Under the pieces are notes generated by a model. The model was not told the origin of the DNA. It saw only the letters and a list, made by a program, of their open reading frames with translations, and did not search any database. A DNA stretch of 63,032 nt, the filler included, from Phoronis australis (Eukaryota; Animalia; Phoronida), in the NCBI GenBank assembly GCA_002633005.1. It is 11 parts of 11 records of this genome, joined end to end, with 100 filler letters (N's around TTAATTAATTAA, not from the genome) between each part and the next. Parts side by side here need not be neighbours in the genome. Positions count along the whole stretch, not along the records: positions 35,646 to 43,673 come from NMRA01001635.1; positions 43,774 to 47,449 come from NMRA01002900.1; positions 47,550 to 51,247 come from NMRA01002887.1; positions 51,348 to 55,403 come from NMRA01002727.1; 7 more parts are not named here. The stretch is one strand, 5' to 3'. The position numbers and the translations under genes are program-made. Below are positions 40,171 to 52,041 of this stretch, one piece after another; within the stretch, counting starts at the first letter, position 1, and each line of letters begins with the position of its first letter.

Positions 40171-40829
40171 GTATGACAGCCTCACTACAGTGTCCATGTA
40201 GTGAATGTTTCTCTATCAAGTTCATTTTTACCTCTGTTACCCAATGGTAATTTTCTATTCGTTGGGCTGAACTGAGAATAGAGTTTGTAGGCAGGCATGA
40301 CTTCATAAAGCTAAAACATATCGCATCCAGTAGCCATCAATGAAACTTGTGACTAATGGATGCTGTCATGAACATGTTGTCTTCATGTAACATTCTCTTC
40401 TTCATCACGTTAGTCTTGCTTTACTTGAAAAGCCAAGGTTTGCCAAGTTTTCTCCTGCGACAATTAACCTGACTAAGTCTTATAAACCATAACCTGTGTG
40501 AGACCAGGCTGAGAAGGCATGTCTAATTTTTAGCTGGGGAAACTTGACACCTCAGGTTTTCACTTGTACTGTGTAATTGATACCATGATATAGACAGAGG
40601 TTTTTTAACTCCTGAGTGGCTTGGTTTCGTCTCAGAAAAAAAACCTTTTGTGAATATGTTCAGAACCCCATGGACAGCAGGACTGTGTACCAGTGTGGCT
40701 TCACTCTTTAAAATGCAAAAGTAGCATTGGTTTTACAAACAGTCTATGGAAAGTGGATGGTGTTTCACTCTTGTCTTCAATGGGCTTTGGTCATCTTCAT
40801 CTTGTCCGCTAACTTTAATGTTCTTGTAG

Positions 40830-41018
40830 GTACTGTGACCAAACTGGACAGTTCTGTGCTGAGAGCATCTGATGTGGACTCTGATGACAGTATACTCATA
40901 TTCACCATCACTCAGAACCCAGCCTTTGGCGAGATCAGGCTCTACGACGGGGGTGGCCGTGGGACGCTAAAGGCTGAGGGACCTGTAAATCAGTTTGAAA
41001 AGAAGGACATTATACAAG
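40830..41018 (+). CDS. FRAS1: FRAS1, next CSPG-repeat exon
   Basis: ttgtag| ... AAG|gtactt; in phase with previous exon; (G)TVTKLDSSVLRASDVDSDDSILIFTITQNPAFGEIRLYDGGGRGTLKAEGPVNQFEKKDIIQ+G, matching the D-x-D-S-D and GPxxxFxxxDIxQG pattern. Confidence 0.85.
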
Positions 41019-43495
41019 GTACTTGAATGGGTGCCCCAGCTGTGATGTCTTCTAGGATATGTTTTGGATGGACTCTCCACAAGTGGGGCACGTTTTAACT
41101 GTTCACTTGCATCTAACACTTTTTTCACTTCCCTGATTAAATAAACATTATGTTAGCTACTTGTTTCTAGTGCTTTGGTTAAATGCCGAATTCACGCAAA
41201 ATTAATCTTCGTAAAACTTAATTTACATTCTGCAGACAAAGATTTTTACAAATGTTTTAATTACTAATAAGACACTAATGCTTTCAAATTTACATAATGA
41301 CCCTTAATTTTTATCCTCACTTATGCTTTATCTGTCAGTCTTTCTCGCTGCAAGTTTTGTTCAACATAAAGATGTTCATGCATGCATATAATCGAGGACT
41401 ATGTCAATTCTTTGGGAAATGGATTTATGACACACCTGCATGGCTTGCATGTATTTATGTGCTAAACTGCTTAATAAATGCTTTGTAACTACCCGAGTTA
41501 AATGATCAATTCAGTCATGGACCTATGACTGATTGAGTCAGACTCTAAAGCTGCAGCTCACTACAAACCTTAAAGCAGCTTAAGCTAATGCTGGTTGTTT
41601 TTATATGATTTAGATATCATGTTTATCCAGGATGAACTTACACAAGGTAATAGATGTAGCATGGCTAACTGTTCCCTTGCACACCATGTGGCGCTGTAGG
41701 CGTTGTCTAATTTATGTGCTGCCTGTATCTGTCTGTGTGTGAATGTTGATTAATGTGGACTGTACAATGCACTTGATTCCTATAATTTCACACAATTTTT
41801 ATTGATCTCTTCCACAAATCAGCTACTGCACAGTTTTAGTATAATGTAGTTGTTCTTTTGTCTTTGTGAATGTATTTATAGAAAGAGTTGCCTTTTGTTG
41901 CATTTTAAAGTGTCCAGGGCCCAGGATCTTATCTCCGAACGCAGATTCGATATAGAATTGAATTCAAAACTTAACCAATCACGGCGCATGGTTCGAGTAC
42001 AAATTTATAAGTTTACTCAAAGCGTGCCATGCCATTGGTCAATTTTGAGTCGAATTTTGAGTACCGAGATTAGACCACAGGCGTAGGTTAAACATGCTTT
42101 AGAGTGCTCATGATTGCCATGTCAAAAGCAACCTTGGCAAACCATCAATTGTTTAAATGGGACATCAGTAGTTACAGTCCGACAAACTGTTCGTGATTGG
42201 TTGCCGAGTTGTGCATGTGTAGCGTTGCTGTGAACAAACGCGCCAGAATAACCAATCACGCTAAACTAATGACCATCAAAAATCTTCATGAGTCATGCTC
42301 AGGTCTGCTGGACTGATAAATTTACAATGAAAACTGTTTAGTGTTTTCTACTTTGCTGTTTTTGGGAACTGGAATTTCGTAGTTGTGATATACAGTGTTG
42401 ATAAAAAGGTTTGAGGATGACGTCAATTAATATCAGTGTTCATGGACCTGTTGACAATTTGATTTGAACTGTAGTCTGAGTGTGAAATCCGTTTGTATGA
42501 CACAAGTTTGGTTAACTTTCTATGTTTGTTATCAATTCATCTCGCTTTGTAACAAATTAACTTCTAATGTTTTTGCATTCAGGCACACATACTTTATGAA
42601 AACTACCTGATTGAATTGTTGCGCGACTGTTTCTCTAAATGTTGTGAATAGATTACTAGGTTTTAACAGTTGGCGCCAGAAATAAAATAGTTGTATAGAC
42701 AAATGTTTTTAACTCTTTAAACTGTGATTGCCTTCATAACAATGTTTAATTAACTATTAACTTATTATTTCGACTGGGTCCCATACTTATAAATTCTTTG
42801 AAACAAAATTCTCTGTAACCCTCAATAGCCCTCAATAGTCATGACAGGAAAACTCTTTAAAAAGTCTGCGTAATTGGCAAGTTTGACAGAACATATTTTG
42901 TAAATTAATCAATGGCCATTAGGGAAGGCCTCTCGCTCCAGTCATAGCATCCACTTTGTGAGACACTGAAGAAGGAAAGATAGATAATTCTCTAACTCTG
43001 AAAGAACTTTTTCTTCAAGAAAGTGATAGGACCTGATTTGGTCAAAGTCACAAAAACGGTTCAGCATTCCTTTAAAAGTTGAAACCAATTACTTGGAAGT
43101 TCTATCAAGCAACTTAGCAAAATGATATTTATTTAGTGCAAGGCGTTGTTGCACGTAACTACATTTCATGGTAATTTGACGTAAAGTTTACTTCATACTG
43201 TATGGGTGCTGCTTATGTTCAGTTTTTGTTTTTAAATATGATATTCGTATCTGAATGTTCTCTTAACTTTTGAGCATTCAACCAACTGGAATGTGTTGAG
43301 AAGCAAGGTAACTGAAGGTAATTCTGAATTTAATTTGAGTTGTTTAATTATTGTACAGTGTAATTCTTCTCTCATTTACCGTATAATATGGCTTCTGGTG
43401 GCATTACATTTTGGCAATAAACTACACTTTAATATTCAAAGCTGCTACAAAGCCACATTTTTTCAAAAATAGGAATTTGATTTAGAACCACTTAC

Positions 43496-43673
43496 CTGTA
43501 CAAAACTCATTGATGCTGATGTCAGCAGTGTTCCTATACTCATGTGAGAACTGTTTTCTGTGCTTGGAAAAATTGTTATTGCCTGATACCATGCTTGGCA
43601 CATAGAACGATCTGCCACGACAAGCCATCTTGTTTAGCTTGGTCTCTAGCACTGATGATGTGTCAATTCTTTC
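43496..43673 (-). CDS. Putative exon of unidentified gene, cut by scaffold end
   Basis: Open frame ERIDTSSVLETKLNKMACRGRSFYVPSMVSGNNNFSKHRKQFSHEYRNTADISINEFCT ending at consensus donor CAG|GTAAGT. Confidence 0.4.
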
Positions 43674-43901
43674 NNNNNNNNNNNNNNNNNNNNNNNNNNN
43701 NNNNNNNNNNNNNNNNNTTAATTAATTAANNNNNNNNNNNNNNNNNNNNNNNNNNNNNNNNNNNNNNNNNNNNGCTGTTCACACAGCAGTTCTGGTGCAA
43801 ACAAAGCTTGCAACAACTCAAGCCTACTTCTCTTCACAGCTGCATTGACCTAACAATGCCACCACTGGATTTAGCAGATCAGCCAGAGTATTTACAGGTC
43901 C

Positions 43902-44296
43902 AGCCACTGTACTATTTCCTCCCTTTGAATTTTTACAATGCTACATCCTTGACAATCTTAGAGCGCAGGTTGTCTCATTCCAATGCATACTCCACTTCCT
44001 CTGTCACATCTCCTACATCCAACTGCCCCAGTTTCCCCACATTTGCTGAGGGTTGCAAATCTCAACAAATTACTTTGGACCTGTTGTGGTGTAAGCCGGT
44101 AATCTTTGGCAAATACTTTTTGCCCGATTCGTTCCTCAAGTTACAAATTCTCTTTGACACATCTTCTGGGAGTACACTTTTCAGCCTCTCTCTAGCCCCC
44201 TCACTTAGTTGTCCAGAAGGGTACCTTGTTGCTGGTTTTGAACTTTTCCATACCCAGCAGAAGTCACTTCTTCAGCATAAGCCGTTCCGGATTCCT
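43902..44296 (-). repeat. Dispersed repeat, reverse-complement homolog of 55025-55403
   Basis: Shared tracts such as ggtacccttctggacaact, gagggggctagagagagg and gatgtagcattgtaaaaattcaaagggaggaaa. Confidence 0.85.
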
Positions 44297-47046
44297 AAAA
44301 TTGTATTAATGAAAAAATAAACATATTAAATTAAATGTGGCCATTTCGGCTCAGAAAATATGAATACCAAGCTAAAGCGAAAGCTTCACAAAAAAAGTAA
44401 TTCAGATTTGATGATAAAAATTTACAAAATGAATTTCTATGTACGTGACAGTAGGAGAAAGGTAAAAACAGAAGTATGGCAAATTACATGTAGAAAATAG
44501 ACACTGAATTAAATTATTCGCACTACGTATGTGTCAGTGTTCATCGTGAAATGAATGAGTTGTGCATTATATTTCTTTCCATAAAATTGAAACATAACAC
44601 AATAGACCAGTGAATTTTTTTGAGAAATACACGATATTTTTGACGGCTTTAGCATGTTTAATTAACTTGATTTTCAATTGCAGAAATTCATTGGCAGACA
44701 TAACATACTCCCTAGTCTTTAAAAGTAGGTCACGGACAGAAGTCATGTAACAAATTTGGTGGTCATTATGAAAAGTTAAGGTGACTACCTCTTGTCTATG
44801 CCATTGTATACCTGCACTGCATGTACATCAAAACATTTGAAATATGATATGCTTAAGTAATAAGGCCCAAGTTATAAGCAATCACGGTGTGTCAATAAAA
44901 GTATTTTGCATGAATGATGTGCTCCTACAGTGTACAAATATTCCTCAGGGTCATACCCTGGAGTTTAGTGATTCCTACCTGAGCTCACACGAAGAAGAAC
45001 GTTGAACCTTGACTTAACGTCTTTGGTCATTTTTCAGACCTCTATCAGATTTTCCTCTAGTGTGCAGTGGATGTACTCCGTGTCTTTGCCAACGCCAATA
45101 TATGTCGAGGGTCAGTGAATCTACTACGGTAGATTATGTAGCTCCTGCTGCACACCTGCCTCCGAGGCAGACACTGAGACAGACTACTCAGGAGGACACG
45201 TTCCACCTCCACATCAGCTCCTCTCACTTTTAAGGTTCTCAAATGTCTCGCTCTATTCCTTGTGCATTTCCCAAGAGTTTCCAAAGTTGTTTCTCTCCGC
45301 AATTTGTAAAAATAACACATTCGTTGCGACTGGCAGTGATACATGTAGATAAATATATAAATTCGCAAACCGCACTTTAGATCAGCCATGATTCAACTAG
45401 CGCATTGTATGCTTTAGTTTGGTATTCAAAGAGGTAGATGAACAAATTTAGTATAATTTCTTATTTTAGTGGGAAGTGCTTGTGTCCTTAAAATTAGTTA
45501 GAAACATTTAAGCAAACCAATTATTTTACTTGTTGTATTATACCACGGCATTTAAATGCGTAGAAACGGTGCACAACAAGTGACTGGTTTCACTCGACAA
45601 ATACACATACGCGGTCTGAAAATAGTGACATTCAGTCACCTAATACCAAGCCTGTCTGAAGTGCCGACAAAGTTTTTTGTAATAATTTGAAGGGCATGGG
45701 ATCTATATGTCTATGTTATTATTTTTAGTTTTCTCGTGGGGGCAGCTGCGCTTTAAGGGTACAACTTACTGTTGGTCTTTCACAAGCATGAAGAGTACCT
45801 CCACGGAAACAGTTCCAGTGTTACCATGGCAACCGACATTTCAGTATCGGTGCCGTTTTTACTGACATTGGTCATGAGCCTATAATGTGATTTCAAAATT
45901 GTTCAGAAACGATTCTGTTTGAAGCAGAAACTGTAAGAGAAAATTTGGTAAAAAATGACTCATTCCACACCAAGAAATTGCCTCANCTTTGTGGTGTCAT
46001 ACTTCACCCAATTTTTCTCATACCTAAGGTGATTTTTTAGAATAAACATGGATCTGAATGGCTGACCCCCCACCTTGTTGGTTGTACAGTAGTCGGTGGA
46101 TCCGTGGACTGATACTTAGATTTGCGTATAATTCTTCATTTAGTGGACACAAAATGAAGAATAAATACTTAAGATATCATAACAAAATTTATGTAACCGA
46201 ATTCAATCATTTATGACAATGGGGTGAAGGATTCAAATCATTGATCGTAAATATATTTTGTTCATATTTTGAATATACATGTGCATATACATGTGCGACT
46301 TTTTCAGCCAATCAATGCAAAATGATTGAAAGCAGGCAAAACACAGTTTACGTTTGGTCTCCTATTCATTCTTTAACACTGAGAGGCAGTCTGCAAGCTT
46401 TCATGCACATGTACCCTTGTAAAGAATGTATTAATGGGTAACTAGAGACCCAAAGTCGGCTGATCTATATTTGTGACAACATCAAGCTTTCAATGTAGAT
46501 ATTTTGATGCTGCTTAACTGAAATGACAGATAAGTTGAAAAAGTATTTCAATAAATGAAGAAATATTTAGTACCACTTTGATCTCACATTTAGTAGGAGG
46601 ATACAATATGGTATATCTAAATTTTCTTTTTCAAGCATTAATTTTATTACATATGTTACACTTTTCCAAGATTTGTCCAGTTGCTTCAGTCTTAAAATAG
46701 CTTAGACTTTATCACACACGAGATGAAAGTATTTGAAATTGTATTAATCTGCAAACTGATACGGTACAAAATCGACGCACTGATTTATGTGGTTTAAGTC
46801 CTTAAGGACACGGCAGTACAATTTTAATCCTTATTTAACGGTTAGATTGGAGCTCACTTTTTTGAATTAAAACTTGTTTTGTTTTTTGAAGCACTCACGG
46901 TGATATCAATGCGTTTTTAATGACGACATGACTGAGGCACAGGAACTCAGGTCACGTAAATAGACGGGAATAGTCGATTATATTCTGTTCAAGGCCGAAG
47001 TGTGAAACAGTGATGAAAAACAATTAGCTTCATTAATGAAATTAAA

Positions 47047-47392
47047 TATGTGTAAATATCATCTTATTCAGTGAGGCGTGGAATATGTTGCAAGTAGTTC
47101 ATCTCGTTCAACCCGCCATCTTTTTTATCACATCACGTGACCTAATGAATATAAGTCCGAAAAAATTATGTCCGAAAGTCCAAAAAGTGGTCCCGATGGC
47201 TCAGTGGCTAGAGGGTCTGCACGGTTAGCAGAAGCTCCTGGGCTCGTGTCCCGGTCGGGGGCAAAAATCTTTTCGGACTTACATTCATTAGGTCAAGCGA
47301 TGTGATCAAAAAAAAGATTGCGAATTGAACGGGATGAACTACTTGCAACATATTCCACGCCTCATTGAATAAGATAATATTTACACACATAA
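47047..47392. mobile_element. Foldback element (about 120-bp arms) with tRNA-like loop
   Basis: 47047-47167 inverted to 47266-47392; loop gatggctcagtggctagag...gggctcgtgtcccgg carries an A box and a degenerate B box. Confidence 0.7.
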
Positions 47393-47589
47393 TGGAGATC
47401 ATGGGCAAGATGCCCACTACTAAGTCCGATTGGATTTCTGTGGCTGACCNNNNNNNNNNNNNNNNNNNNNNNNNNNNNNNNNNNNNNNNNNNNTTAATTA
47501 ATTAANNNNNNNNNNNNNNNNNNNNNNNNNNNNNNNNNNNNNNNNNNNNTTATTGGCAGACGTTTTTACACAACACTAAACAGTAGTGG

Positions 47590-48409
47590 CTAACAAGAGG
47601 TTCCACACCCTGGCCCTGGCGCGTGTCTGATGACCGTGACGTTCCACTCCGGGTATTCTATTTGCCGTGCATGTAGGTCAGCCAGTGAGTGTGTTTTGCA
47701 TTCTTGGACCAACGTGCGAATCTGTTTGGACCAAGAGTCATCGACGGAGACACGTACGAATTGACCTTGCACGAGGGTTAGATAAGTGCTTTGTCTGTGG
47801 CTTGCAGGTTTTCATCCCCACTCTCTTGTTACGGTCCAAGTCAATGTCAGTTGTAGGCCTAAATCCAGAAAATTTTGAGGAAGATCTGACAAAAGAATAG
47901 CTGCCAACATTCGAAAAGGAATTGAAAAAGTGCAGTCGGACACCACGATCTAGACCATATCGCAAGGGGAAATGTCCGCTGCAACCGACATCCCAATAAC
48001 ACCCCGACGGCGCACACTTAGTGTTTTTGCAGTGCCCGCGAAATGAAACTCGGAGATAGGGGTATATCGCGTGGAAAAATACGAAAGTATTCGGAAACAG
48101 GTATATTCCTTCACGTGTGCCACAACACGGGAAATTCGAATGCTGTGGCGTGATGCGCGACAGCGTTTCAAAAAGGAGACGGTCGGACCTCCATGAAAAG
48201 CGACTGAGTTGGCAAGTACCCAAAGGGAACTTTACTATCTTCCATTGCATGACGTGAAGATATAAGATATCGTAAGGCACAAAGGAATCTATGGTTTTCA
48301 CGAAAGAATGTAGGCCTAACCCCAGAGACTGCGTGCCCGCACCTTCAGCCACTCTGGTCGTCACATTCAGAAATTTTACACTTATACATCCTCTTTCTGG
48401 TCGCCACAA
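47590..48409 (-). pseudogene. Possible intronless or long-exon coding relic of unknown family
   Basis: 223-codon ORF overlapping a second frame ending EYPEWNVTVIRHAPGPGCGTSC*; higher GC than flanks; no motif recognised. Confidence 0.25.
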
Positions 48410-48959
48410 TATTCATCAGACATCCTACCCCGGAAGAAAATAATCTTTTACATGGTCCTACAGCCATGAAACCGGCTCTGCACATCCGCCACCAGTTGCC
48501 TGACGTAGCCGCTGTGGCCACCTATTTGCTATGGTGATTTGTTGCTCAACAGAAAAACGACAAATGATATTTTTTAACAGTCTGACAAAAATTGCGAGGG
48601 CGAAACTTCCTGAAGTTTGGTCTTGACGTAGACTTTGCCACCGCTCCGAACACCTCATGAACTTACTACCTTATCCACTGAATGATTGGTCATCGAATGC
48701 TAAATAACGCAGGATTTAATTCAGCTCGCCGCCAGTGCAAGCAAATGTCTTGCGATTTATGGAACTCAACTTCGGATAAAGCCAATAGGCGGCACTCGAT
48801 GGTGTTCTTCAAGTTCATGAACGTGGGCCTACTCATTCGGCAAAATGGTTCTTTGAGTACTGTTTTGTGTGCTGATATGTGCTATTATACCATCGCTCGT
48901 TATCAATCGCGGCAACGCTCTCGGACAAGAAACGCCAAAGTGTTCTTAAATTAATACCC

Positions 48960-49192
48960 GGTACCTTTGTTGGTGTAAAAATGTGCTTAATCTACGCGTT
49001 ACTATGCTTAATCTATACGTATATTAGCTGTTAAACGGTCATCGTTCTGCTCTTAATGTACGCCTTGATTAAAGCAAAAGTACGTGTTGATTAAGAGCAG
49101 AACGATGAAAGTTTAAGAACTAAAAGTCTAGCGCATAGATTAAGCAAAACTACGCGTAGATTAAACACATTTCTATTACACAGAAAGGTACT
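48960..49192. repeat. Palindromic (foldback) element
   Basis: gtaccttt...tgcttaatctacgcgt...catcgttctgctcttaat inverted to attaagagcagaacgatg...acgcgtagattaaaca...aaaggtac. Confidence 0.75.
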
Positions 49193-49197
49193 CGTTT

Positions 49198-49466
49198 CAT
49201 AGGCGGATTTAGGGGGACCCCCCCCCCCNAAATATTGAGTTCAGCCGGTAGCGGATGAAGGGGGGGGGGGCAGACCCCAGAGGAATTGTGTCCCCGTTAT
49301 TTTATTTATGTTTTTTAGTCCACCGATAGATTTTCTGAACAGAAGGTCCAAATCCCTAGATCCCGCAACTTTCAGGCCGCCTGCGCACGTGCAATCACGC
49401 TTTGCCCATTTCCCCGAGGCAACATGTTGCCGCTTCCCCCCTTATGGTATCCTAGATCTGCCACTG
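49198..49466. mobile_element. MITE of the 6068-7069 family, 5-bp TSD CGTTT
   Basis: CATAGGCGGATTTAG / CTAGATCTGCCACTG; cgttt at 49193-49197 and 49467-49471. Confidence 0.8.
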
Positions 49467-51347
49467 CGTTTTAGAACCCTTCGAAGTATATTTATGAGAA
49501 GAGCCAGTTGTTAAATAAAGAAACGTGTTAACAAAATTGTGCAGAGTTCACCACTTTGAACGACGCAATGCACTGCGAGTAAACCTAATTCGGTAGGAAA
49601 TGCCAGCTCGATATCTCCAGAAAGAAGCTGTTCCATGGCTTTTCTTCATGTTTTGTACCGATTTTTAGGTGGCGGATCTGCAGGCCCCAGTCGATTTGGT
49701 GTCTTTGACATGATTTTCAAGGTCACGGCTTGAAAAACAAGTTTTAACGTAGAAAATGTTGGTGCGATATCTCAAGAATGCTGCTGACACGTGTAGTGTA
49801 TTCATGTTATGTAGGCCTACGGTACCATTTGAATAATAAAAATAAGATTCCCCTAAAAATTCACACTTTCCTATGTTAGAGATTGGGTATTATTGTTCTT
49901 GGCTGTGGTCTTCCCTGCAGTTGTCGTATAACTCACCTAAAGCGTAGGTCACGCATTCCTGTTAAGCAGACTTAGAAAGCAGTTTTCAACATTTGCTCCA
50001 AACTTTTGAGGGTTGTGTAGAATTGCAAAGCACTATTTCCTTTCGGAGAGCTGGTTGGAAGGTCTTTTTTGATATCTGTCCAAAGGTTAAAACCTGGCTT
50101 TGTACCCTTTTAAACTAGACAGGGTTTCCGCGGAAAGTCTTATTACATATGGCCGCTTTTGTGAGCACCCATAATGCATTAGTCAGGTGTGACTCACTAC
50201 TCCAGTCAGTTTAGGCGCATCACCAAAATAAAAATCAAATTAAAAATGCACATTAAAATCAATGAACTTGTAAAAATATTTGAAGTTGTGTGGAATGAGC
50301 ATTATTCAGGCTTAAGTCTCGACTGAACTAACTTCTAATGAAACACTTTTCATGAATTTTTTAAACTAAAGTGATTCGGAAATAGCATCTTCGATTAATT
50401 CACAACCAGTGATTTGGTGTGGTGTGCCCCAAAGTTGTGTTTCTTTTGCTTCAGTTATGATACTTTTACTAGGAGAGCTTAGTCTGCTACACCTGAGTTG
50501 CTATTTACCTGCTCGCAGAATTTAATTGGTATAGCAGTTCACAATTAAGCAACACATCATTTAGAATCAGTTTAATCGTTTGCCTTAACAACTACCCTGC
50601 GGTGGATCGTTGCACCAACCGCAAGAAAAAATTAATGAAATAAAACATATGCTTGCTGGACATTCCGCTTTCTTATATATGAGCTCATGAAGAAAGTGCT
50701 CTGCCCAGGGTCTAATCCTCGAACCCAGACTCTTGTCACGTCGCATCATTTAAGTAAAATCGTGTAAGTCTACTCGAAGCCTGACGTGCAATTGGTCGAC
50801 TTTCTCGTTTAGTTTTGACAACAGAGATTAGACCCTAGGCACTTACGGTAACCACTATTTACCCGGCAGATCAAACAGTGCACTTTGAAACAAACGGTGC
50901 AGTCGCTACTGAGAAAAAAAATGCAGTATTTCGAAGAAACATTTAATTTAAATACCTAAATTTCAACGTAAAGTTCTTTGAATAGATGTTTGCCGTCACC
51001 CCACGCGCGTACTACGTCACGAGAAAATTATGTATATTTCATGGGTCATCGTACCCCTTTACATCACACATTATTGCCTGTACAAGCTTGCCCCAGAATG
51101 CCGTTTGTAGAATAGCATCGCTCCCGTTCCATAGGATATAAGTTTGGTTGCGAACTAAATGGCGAAGTATTGGCGTCATAAGTTTCACGGACACTTTTTC
51201 CTTCATTATAATGATCAGCGCTTGCCGAGAGAGGCGCTCGTCGAGAANNNNNNNNNNNNNNNNNNNNNNNNNNNNNNNNNNNNNNNNNNNNTTAATTAAT
51301 TAANNNNNNNNNNNNNNNNNNNNNNNNNNNNNNNNNNNNNNNNNNNN

Positions 51348-52041
51348 TCTTGCCCAGTGACAAAAAGGCTGCTTGATCTATCACGCTTAGATCAGAACAG
51401 TACTTGTGTGATGGCCTATTTTTTAGGTTGCTCTTCCCAAATGGCCAGGATCGTTTTTGTCTGCAGATTGTGATTCCTGAAAAGTTCATAGACCCATTGA
51501 TATCGAAGTACCATGATTCTCTTTTGAGTAATCACCAGGGTTGTGTGAGAACTTACTCACGATGCGAAAACTGTTCTATTTCGATCCCAATGTGTATCAA
51601 CGTATTGTGTCCTATGTCCAGTCTTGTGCACGATGCTAAGAATTCAAGGGTAACACTGATATTCTAAGACCTCTTCATGAACGTATACTTGTTTCGTATT
51701 GTCCCTTCCAGACAATATCCTTGGATTTTAAGAAAATGGTCATGTCGAAGTCAGGGTACTTATGGTTAATGGTTACTACTTGTGCCATTACTAGATACAC
51801 CATTTGTGTTCCTTTGAAAACGCTTGATGCGCCATCTATGTGCGAGGCACTTATTCAACGCGTTATTTGCCGTTTTAGGATTCCTGAAGTTTTGGTTACT
51901 GATGCGCAGTCGTCGCTGATTGGCAAAGTGATGGACATTCTATGCAGCGCATTGAAGATCGGCCACAAAGTTGTGTCCGTATTAAACCATGGTTCATTAC
52001 ATGTTGAGCGTCAGATCCATTCCATCACGGACTTGATCAAA
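51348..52041 (+). mobile_element. Degenerate Gypsy/Ty3-type integrase fragment
   Basis: IVIPEKFIDPLISKYHDSLLSNHQG..RT / YVQSCARC (HHCC zinc finger), PFQTISLDF...TRY...FRIPEVLVTD...NHGSLHVER (integrase core); frameshift and stops. Confidence 0.88.
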
